Shown here piece by piece: positions 50,301-60,000 of a DNA stretch of 60,000 nucleotides. The stretch is from Botryllus schlosseri (taxonomy: Eukaryota). The position numbers and the translations under genes were made by a program. A model generated the notes under the pieces. That model did no database searches. It saw only the letters and a list, made by a program, of their open reading frames with translations, and had not been told where the DNA came from. The stretch is from NCBI GenBank assembly GCA_051294905.1, contig CM119372.1:18912001-18972000 (forward strand), given 5' to 3'. Each line of letters starts with the position of its first letter. The first letter of the stretch is position 1.

Positions 50301-53300
50301 AATTCTGTCACATTGTCTTGATCACAGTGTGTCTTGTTTGAACTTGAAGTTATGTACTGTATTACCTGAATCACAGAGCAGTTAGTGACAACTTAATGAC
50401 CTTAGCTCATTCACATGTTCCGAGTCTCACCTGGGGTTTATTTGATAACTAATCCATGCAAATAATATTCATTACAGCAAGATTTACACAGGTCTTTCTG
50501 CTTTAGGTTTATACAATGAAGCGCATGCTGAAGCCGCGGTACATGGAACTGTACACGTAAGTTGATTTTGACCAAGTTCATATTAATTTGTTCAAGCAGT
50601 GCCTGTGACCAACAGGCCAAGATTAAAGTCTGTTCAATGTATATATTGCTGTGTCTTCAATATCATTAAGGTAAGACATGGTGCGTGTAACCACATCTGG
50701 CATCGATACAAATTTTATCGAAACTTGCTCTCCTAATGTTTCCCAAAACATGGATAGATATCCCCGAAAGGTGGTATTGTAGGCTAGATCTTGATTCTGA
50801 CATGTACCACTGGGCTGCTATGGGGTATATCATACAAAACTTTTGAAAAGTGGTCACCTGCTCATTGATTGCCGTCACAAATGAATCAAATGAATTTGAT
50901 ATGTTAAAAGGTAGCAGGTAGGTAGGCAATGGGGCATGTCTTGACTGACAAAGACATATATGTTCCTGAAATTATGACAAATTTTAGATTAGCGCCTAAC
51001 CCGAAGGGGCCAAGACTAATGTCTCGAAATGCTACATCGTAGAAATCCAACTTTGAGACATGCCTGTAGACCAGAGGCGGTCAACTTCTCCAGTCGACAG
51101 GCCGGATATAGGAAAATGAAGTACTTGGAGGGCTGGATTCCTAAATTGATAGAGTAAACGTGTGTTTATCCACCTATACAAGTTTTACATATAGCCTACC
51201 TTTCCCATATTTTATACACCTATAAAATCGTATTTAATGAATTTATTAATATAATATACTTCTGTAGCTGTTGAAGTCGATGAGATCCGTGATCGATCAA
51301 AGTTGTCGACTGGTTATTTGAACTTTGATTGCATGTCGGACGTAGAAACCCGTGGTAAAGACAGCACATGAGTGTCAGTTGGAGTGGAACTGTGGAACGC
51401 AGCTTTATCTGTTCATTTTCACGGTCAAAAATGTTAGCTCGCAAACGTACGTAAGCCCGAGCAGAACAAGTAGTTTCACGGCCACCTTTCGCGGGCTGCG
51501 TTATCCATGTCAGACCGAAAACTATATGCGTCGCCGCTTAAAACCCCTGCGCTGGCCGAATTGTGCCCGCCCCTGCTGTAGACAATGCCAACAACTGTGT
51601 ACCATAATTCTACACCAGTGTAAACATACTTGCCTTCCCAAATTTTTCTCGTGTAGTTTCTTTGTTATGCAACAATCACAACAGTGTAACTCCTCAGTAT
51701 CGGAACTCGTTTCCTGTCAAGATTGCAGTCATGAATGCCAGTCTCCTTTGTCTTATTTAGACTGAATGCGGTCAAAATCTCAAATCCAATGTTGCCTACA
51801 ATAGATTTTCATGCAGTCAAATATTAGTATTCTTCCCTGAGGTTCTTGCATGATACCTTTAGATACAGGGTTACCAATATAGGTTACACCCAACGATATT
51901 AATGGTGGGTCTCGCTATCACCGTGTAAGGAAACTTCAGCATTGATAACATTGATAACTTTAGCATTGTTAACATTTATTGGCGAGTTCGATACATTGAA
52001 ATGAACTGAAAATGTATATCATGTCGATATGATAACTCTTCATACGTTCCAGCACTCAATCCAAAAGTTTGCGGGGGATTATACTCTTAGTTATACACGA
52101 CTATGAGCCGTTAATTTGATGTTAGTAAAATTGTGTTTTCATAGAGACGATATATAAGGTCTATATGACCAGCAGAACTCAACATATATCCTGTCGTCTA
52201 TTATATTTTTGTGGCATATCTGGTGGTCAATCAGAGCCGCAAGAAGGCTACCTTGGATCCGCGATTGGGAATCACTGGTTTAAAAGTAGCCTACAATTCA
52301 TTTCGGAAAAGCTATATGCGAAAGCTACGGACACTTTTAAACGAACTTTGTTAAATTCCGAGAGTACAGTTATGAGACACGTGGTAGTATGATAGAGGCT
52401 ATAGCAAACAGCAAAGTCGAATTTTTTTCAAAGGATACCGAATAATCACAATCAAGTTGGTGTTCTTTAACAGGACTCGGCCAGCTTCAATTGAACAACG
52501 AATAAATATACACTATCAAAAAGTCAGCATTAAATGAAGTTTCCGATATTACATTGGAGCTGGGTACATTAGCCACAATTAAAGGGGCACTGCACTCCAA
52601 AAATGATGTGGTCACAAAGTGAAGGGCAAAACGAAAGAAAAATTTTGGCCGCAGCCATTATCTTCAGAACGCCACCGTAATGAAGCTGCAATGTATTGAA
52701 ATTTCCACAGGGGCTCCACGCTCCAGCAGTCATGCAGAGATCAAACTTTATATAGTTTTCAGTTGATGTTATGAAATAAATATGTCGTACACGCCAAGGT
52801 GGTTTAGATACCACGTTCAACGGAAGATGTCCAGTCAGGAGATTTATGTCAAAATCGGGCCCAGTGTATTCTATTTCCTTCATGAATATGAAACCATCAT
52901 GGTGATAATAATCAATAGTGAATGTATTGATCAAACTTGCATTTACTCAATTCACCAAATTCATTCGTACACACCGCGCAGTAATGTAATGGGAATCTGC
53001 GTTTCGTTTCAGGCATGTTTACAATTACTGCACAAGCGTCCAACACAGCGGAGCGTCAAGGCAACTGCCCGGCTCGTCCACCAGCACAAGTTTCAAGGCT
53101 TCCCCGAAGAAATGGCACAATTCGCAAAGCGCCAACTTTGTGGGACACGAGCTGTACAAAAAGCTGAGGTCGTATCTGCAACAGTATTTGTCCGGCATAT
53201 TGCAGGTGTGACCAATATTGATGTGCAGTGGAATTTTATTACGATGCTGGCAGATTGGGAAAAGAATTACCCGTCATCGTTTGCAATGATAATGTTGAAA

Positions 53301-56300
53301 CAAAGTTTTGGGACTAAAAGATTCTAGGCCCACTTATCCGATGGATGTCTAGCAAATGATAATGTTGATTTCTGTAGGCTCGGCTCATAATATTTAATGG
53401 TTAAGTCGAATGGGCAGTTTATTTTTCACCAATCTTTTTTTTAATGTGCAGGAAGGATTTGATTTGATGGGAGAGGACGTCCTGCACTTCTATACGCGCC
53501 AGTGGCTCGGTTACGAGTTCAGTAGCCTGGTGTTGAATGGCGTCTGTGCTTACTTGAACCGTCACTGGGTGGTCAGGGAATGTAATGAAGGCCGCAAAAA
53601 TATTTACAAGATATACTCGGTAAGAAGAGTTTGTGGTGAATGAACAGTTGTCTTGTATGTCGGTTTTATAATTTGTGATAGGAATTATCCTACAGTGTCC
53701 CGAGGTCTAGTATTTAACAGATGTTCAAATTTCAAGGCTTCACGGCTCAATGTTTTATGTTCGGATCACGGATGACATGAGTCCTGAATAATGAATAACA
53801 AACTGACATCATTCATAAGAGTATGTCATTGATGCACAGCTTGGGCCGATCCATACTAAGCTGGATTGCCAGCTAATTTTGAATGAGGTTCAATTCAAAA
53901 GATGATTGAACATATTTATTCTAGTATATCAAGCGGTAATGTGACTTTTACGGGAATATGCTGAACGAGTCCTTATCAACAGTGGTTAAAAGGGTATTGG
54001 ATGTAATTATACAGCCTCGCAGATATCAATTTATCAAGATTTGCCTGTTGTTGCGAAGTATAGATGACAGTTACTTACGCCGTTCCATAACATTTTGAAC
54101 AGACTGGTAGGTGTAGTTCAGCAAACACTACACACCTTTGTTGTCACACCTCGTTGAATAGCGAGTGATAAGGCACGGTATGGACCCGTACAGTATAGTA
54201 CAAATGCAGAGCCAATAGAAAACAAGTATTGCAAAGTCATAAAATGACCTCAAGAGTAATTTGGTGAGCCTGGTATCAACGTCTCTTTTCAAACTTTGTC
54301 AATTTCGATGTTAGAATCTGTGCGATAGGAAAATTGACTTATTTTGGATTGTAATGATTTTAAACCGACCTCACAATAATCATCATGAATATCTTCTCTT
54401 CCAGCTCGCTCTGGTTATTTGGAGGGAGAATCTGTTCAAACCTCTGAATAACCAAGTCACGTCCGCAGTTTTGAAGCTTATTGAAAAGGAGAGAAACGGC
54501 GAAATCATCAACACCAGTCTGATAAGCGGTGTCTTGAAGTCTTACGGTAAGCGAGGATGTTCTTTTGGACCGGTGAATCACTGTTTGTCATTACGCGGTA
54601 TGAAAATGTTTCGTCAGGATTTACAGTTCCCAGTTATATGGTTGCCGTAATTATATTTCATGAATACGCTGGGGAGGTCAGTGGTTGACTGTTTTGAATT
54701 AACGATACTAAAGAGCTGATGCATGATCAAACGGTGTCTTCATGGTTAAGAGCATGCGGACGCTTTCAGCTAATTTAATAGCAGAATCTGCAAGCTCCAT
54801 CTCGATAGTGCTTGAACTGCACACTGTCCGGTGTCAAATAGCAAAATGTCTGAGAATTGATGTAATTTTGGCAAGCGACCAATGTAATTAGTTAGGTCTT
54901 TTAGTCTTGCATAGTTGAAAATTACTATTTTGAAATATAATACCTAATCACCTGTTGCAAGCTGTTGTAAATTATTGTTCGTACTATAACGTATTTTGTG
55001 TGCAGATGATATCTTTGTGAACAGTGGAGTTGATTTTGTTTATACATTAGATTTGGACAAATGGACATGTTACTCGATTGCTTTTGAAAGTGATCATTTC
55101 TGAAAATATCAGAAATGGTAAAAGTTAGCTCGAGACAAATTTGAATTTTTGAAACGGAAGCGATTGTGAGGAAATAGCATTAGTAGACTACTATAGATGG
55201 GGTCGCATGTACGTTGCTGTTGTCAGAGGTTTACATTTACGGTGCAAGTCGATAGAGCTTCAATATTATACACCAGAGAACAAAGGGAAAAAGGATATTG
55301 CCTTTTTGCCTATTGTAATTCCCCCCCCCCCCTCGGCACCGGCACCATTTTCATGTTTCCCCAGTAGCAAGACATCAAATTGGACCAGGTTTAGAACATA
55401 GTAATTTGAAAGGATCACTATAGTGCCAGATCCGTTTATGACAGCAAAGCTTTTTCTGTGTGCTGCAGCAATTGAAAGCCTTCTCGCCCTACAATTCTCT
55501 CAAGCTATCTGCATTATTTCGAGAGAGTTCAGGTTTGCCAGGCAGGCTAAGGACTGACTCTTCAAGTATTTGTTCGCACAGTTGCCATCGGAGTTCAGGA
55601 TCTCAATTCACAGATCAAGGTTGTGGCAGGAATTCATCCGCAGGCAGATTATAGAAATAGTCCCGGCAGCGGGACGAGGTCAGCTCGCGATGGAGGTTCG
55701 TTGCAAAGAGTCTTTTCGTTTTACAGCGTGATATCGCTATGGCTTTTGTATTGTTTCATTTTGTTTGTGACTGTGGTGTGGCTGAGGAGGTGCAACATGG
55801 TTATCAGTGAATTTGGCATTTGGTGAGTTTGACATGAGAAATGTAACATCTATTATATTTTTGTCAGAGATGTATCATTATCAATACTGTGTCAAGAATT
55901 TTGAAAATGAAGGCTCACTGAATATTAACGTGAATTGTGATATACGAAACTTCACGAATTCGGCACCAGGCACTCACTTTGAATGTAAGCCTATATGTTT
56001 ATGTGTTTGGTTTAGGGTTAGGTGTTAGGTTCAGAGTAGGTTTGGATAAGGATTAGCATTAAGGGCTGCCAAGTGCCGACTTCACTGGTAACCATGGAAT
56101 CTTGTACTACATTTCTGGTGTATTTCCATCATGATTCCTGATATATCTCATGTTATGTTCTGTTTAGTCTTGCTACTGTAAACTAACATTTTATTAGTGT
56201 TTCTAAAGCATTTGCGCAAATTACTTTGATCCCATACGATCTGTGCACTGCACATTGCGCAATGTATTGCTCCGGGACAAATGTTGTCGACAATATGATG

Positions 56301-59300
56301 TTCAAGGAACAATGCAAATGTGACTATGCCATACTTCAATCGTTCATTTGCTACCATCTCCATTTTCAAGCATCGTGGCGGATTAATGGCTTTTGTATAG
56401 CACTTGCAGTCAATTTATGAAAACTTGATCGAAACTGTCTATTGTGTCTCGCTACCGTATCCGACTAATAGCTAGGTAATAATTTCGCATAGTCATGCTG
56501 ATGAGGTGATTGTGTACATGTGTTTCCCCCTCTGAATGTTTTGCTGGTAGATTGTGATATCATTTTGCCGTATTAGTCACTTTCATCTCCAGCAATCACA
56601 TGCTTTGGCGATGTAGCTGTTCGTTAGGCCTCCATACACGAATACCAGTAATAACTGTAATCGCTGGAGGCTGAAATATTTGTCATCTTCAGGGCAGAAT
56701 CAGCTGATATCGAAAGAAGCGCTTAGACCTATCAAATATAACACAATGTCAACACATTGTTGCCCGGAAATAGAAAATTTGCATTTTATCTTAGACACTA
56801 CAATCATTTCATAAATCATACTTTGGTGACCTTTTGCCTTGTAGTTTCATGAATAATGTATTTGCATAAAAATAATGAGTGTAGGATATTGCGACTGTCA
56901 TCCTGTCACATAACTTGATTTCAAATTATTCATTCTACAAAGATTTTCATTGAAACATCCATGTTCTTAAAGCCATGTTGCTCACCTACACATTAGATCA
57001 GTGGTTCTCAACCTGGGGGGCGTGAAAGCATCTGAAGGGGACGCGAAGAAGCGGTCAACTGAAATTTTTTTCGTGCTCTGCCCAAGTTACCTCCAATTCA
57101 CGCGTGTTTCTCTCTATATAGCCTAGACCGAATTTCATATTTTTAATTCTCTCATCAACAGTCATAACCTTCCATGTCATCAAACAATCTGTTGGATTTT
57201 GTGATATGACGATAAGGGAGGCGCGAAATTTTTCACTATCGTAAAGGGGGCGTGTCTAAAAAAGGTTGAGAACCACTGCATTAGATGAAACCACCAAGCA
57301 ATATGTAATAAATAGTCTGGACGAACTGTGTTGTTTCAGTTCAAATACAGTACAAGCTATTTCCTGTTATCAAGTTTATAACCTTTATGACAACAAAAAT
57401 ATGCTATATTTTGTTGATTTGAACCTTGTGTGTACTGTGATGACCTGATTTGTGTGAGGTCTCTCTAGCTGCTTATGCAGTTCTGACTACTGTCCACAAA
57501 GTAACTGTCGTAAGTCTCCGTTGGTTGAATGCTCCGACATCGTGATGGAGACCGCTCAACATACCTCGTATTATTATATTGTTGGTCTTGATTGGGGTTT
57601 ATTCAGTTTCTAGTACAAATTACCAACCGAGTCTAGATAGATGATAGGGAAATTAGAGTTCATCATTCTCAGGAAAATATTATGTTGATACGAATGCAGG
57701 TCCAACTATAATTATGATTTTCCTCATTTGACACTGTTTTCTGCGGATAAATACAGAGAGAATTCAATTCCACTCAACGGAAAAAGTGATTTCTTATTCA
57801 TGAGTATCAGTAGAATTCATGCCTTTGGAAGAGGTCTAAACGGCTTTGAGTAGAAGTAAAAATACCTAATTTATAGTGGAATCTCTTGGTCTAATAATTC
57901 GTTTTTGTTGAGGACCACTAATATATTTTCTGGAATTGAAAATTTCATGTGTTTCTGTGAGACAATACTACAAAGGTCAACAATTTTCTGTGAAACGGAG
58001 GAAACTACTGATTGATTTTTGATCCTAAAATGGCAGTGTAAACCTGTCTATCTATATCCCCGTCGTAAAAGAGGAAAAGATCCGAGAACAGAACCGGTCG
58101 AGTAATGCACATCCTGTGTGAGGTCTTGGAAAAAGCCAAAATACTTGGTTCCTGGCCACTACGCCCTGCACCATCAAACCTCACACATGCAGTTAGCAGC
58201 CGAGAGCACGATATCTGCCAATTTCAATCAAAAGTCTGCCTTTGATACAATCAAGGGAACTTTGCAATCAACGCTTATGCGCTATGCAACCATTAGTCTT
58301 GCAGTCCGTACTATTGCATGCTTGCTGTAGTATTGTAATCTTCATACCCCTACAATATCAACATGTTATATCTTTGTGCCACAGTCGAACTGAGTTTGAA
58401 CGAAGATGAATCCAGTTCGTCACCTTCTACGAAAACGTCTCGCGCTACGACGCAGTCGCTGGCCGTCTACAAGGAATCTTTCGAGACCCTTTTTCTTGAA
58501 GACACGAAGAGATACTACACTTCTGAAAGCACGGAATTTTTGTCGCAAAATCCCGTCACCGAATACATGAAAAAGGTGTGAAGTGTATTTTTATAAACAG
58601 AATTTTCAATACTGTACCATTTGCTTCCGATAACGCCTGACAAGTGTCGACTGAAAATATTAGGGTTTATTTCAATACGGTTATATTGTTCAATTGTGAC
58701 ATAGGCGGAGTCGCGCCTTGAAGAGGAGATGACCCGGGTGCGGTTGTATTTGCATGAGTCGACACAGGAGAAACTCGCCAAGACTTGCGAAGAGGTTCTG
58801 ATACAAAAGCACATGGATCAGTTCCATTCCGAGTTCCTGAATTTGCTGAACGATGAAAAAAACGAAGGTACTGGCTTAATACTTCCGACGGCAATTTACC
58901 GGGGAAAGTCCAAGAATCGCAAGCGAGTTTGTTCTGTCCGTATCGTGTGACGAGTTTGACTTATTTTTGAAACTTAGCTGGTTCTCTGGGCCCTCTGTGC
59001 CGTAGACCGAATTTTAGCTCGCCATTGATACAACGATATGCTCTGAAATGCGGTATGAATGTTGTGAATTCCAGACTTCCGTATGAGTAGATTTTGCTCC
59101 AGTTGAGATCTAGACTGCTTGACTACGATGGTGTGTGGAAGAAATTACAAAAGGGAACAGCGTTATTTTACAATTAGATCCACAATAATTGTATGTTGTC
59201 AGGACTAAAAAGCCGGTCAAAACCGCTTTCTGCCTTCAACGTGAATCGTCAATTTAAATCGGCAGATTTTCTTTCGAGTGTTTGGAAGTTTTGACGGCGG

Positions 59301-59825
59301 TTCCTTGTTACAAGTTTGTCATGCTTCGGCAATCGTGAGATTTACTGTGAATGCTCTTGTGTAACACTTCAATAATCGCATGCCAAGGAACATTGAAATT
59401 TTTTGTGATCATGATCAAAGTTCCCTGTAAGATGCCCACGTGCGCAAATGCGCAGTGCTGAGACGGTGTCTGCGCACAGAAAATCTGAATTGATGACCTA
59501 TTTTTAGTCATTACGCACTGTTGTCCAAGGTTCTGCACAGTGAGTTGGTGAGTGTGCGCAGACACGTCAAAAATGAGAGGGAACATTGGTCATGGTCCCA
59601 TAATGCGCCTTACACCTGATGTTTTCTTAATTAAAAGCTCTGTTAAAAATCCCGGATTCATATTTGTAAGTTTTTCCAATGCGCCTATTTTCAGATCTCG
59701 GTCGTATGTACGCTCTCGTCTCAAAAATTCAAGACGGGCTCGGTGAAATGAAAAAGCTTTTGGAATCTCATATTTACAGTCAAGGCGACGCGACGATCAA
59801 GAATTGCGCAGAGCTGGCCATCAAC
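47352..59825 (+). CDS. CUL1: Cullin-1, SCF E3 ligase scaffold (5' part; gene continues beyond window)
   Basis: Exons 47352-47359, 47963-48056, 50507-50556, 53013-53205, 53452-53619, 54405-54546, 58385-58575, 58705-58867, 59695-59825 splice in phase. Translation includes [95 protein letters not shown], which closely follow cullin-1. Confidence 0.96.
48157..49110. mobile_element. MITE with long GG-starting TIRs and internal telomere-like foldback
   Basis: 37-bp TIR GGTTGCCAGTAAACTCGCCCCAAAGTAAATTCGGCCC; perfect 8-bp TSD GACAAAAT; AATTCGGCC subterminal repeats; ~200-bp internal duplication (~48739/48940). Superfamily (Mutator or Merlin) not resolved. Confidence 0.9.
48308..48590. repeat. Inverted arrays of CCCTAA/CCTAA variants followed by TTAGGG/TTAGG variants
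   Basis: (CTAACC/CTAATC)n switches to (GGTTAG/GATTAG)n at ~48449. Confidence 0.92.
51072..51575. mobile_element. hAT (Charlie-like) MITE
   Basis: Ends CAGAGGCGGTCA / TGCCCGCCCCTG; perfect 8-bp TSD CTGTAGAC. Confidence 0.82.
55950..56093. mobile_element. Degraded MITE related to the 48157-49110 type
   Basis: TTAGGGTTAGG-like interior and an end whose reverse complement is GGTTACCAGTGAAGTCGGCAC. Confidence 0.45.
56999..57278. mobile_element. hAT (Charlie-like) MITE
   Basis: TIR CAGTGGTTCTCAACCT / AGGTTGAGAACCACTG; perfect 8-bp TSD CATTAGAT. Confidence 0.93.
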
Positions 59826-60000
59826 GTCAGTATCCTTTTTTTTATTACTGATACGGAACAGTCTTGTTTATTGCACGGTCTCTGACTTCACTTAGGTTTC
59901 CCTAGGTCGACTTTTCCTCAGCCTGGTAAAAAGAGTGATCCTATTTTACTGCTTCACGGTCTGCCGATGGTACCCTATACTGCAGCTCTCGTCTGATAGT

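Noticed and set aside
52782..53327. 181-aa ORF as an independent gene
   Set aside because: It is an alternative frame overlapping CUL1 exon 53013-53205; the cullin reading is in another frame.

Overview
Eukaryotic, intron-rich, AT-rich animal DNA; an ascidian or similar invertebrate deuterostome is my inference, not something the sequence proves. There are three parts. (1) 1-~9790 is a transposon-free block holding a near-perfect giant inverted repeat (arms 1-2487 and 3363-5841, 875-bp spacer, left arm cut by the window edge). Each arm carries a 41-42 bp tandem array, and the block ends in GC-rich subterminal repeats and an ...ACTACT terminus resembling Polinton/Maverick ends. (2) 17446-40060 (+) is an 18-exon gene, assembled by hand with consistent splice phases, for a ~1077-aa secreted protein: signal peptide, RHKR furin-type site, basic Pro/Thr-rich linker, seven thrombospondin type-1 repeats and an intact trypsin-like S1 protease domain. 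(3) 47352 to past the window end (+) is cullin-1 (first 9 coding exons). Introns and intergenic DNA hold many hAT-type elements and MITEs with 8-bp TSDs, a tRNA-derived SINE, a LINE 3' fragment, a MITE with an internal telomere-like foldback, and two Penelope-type minimal-hammerhead-like remnants.
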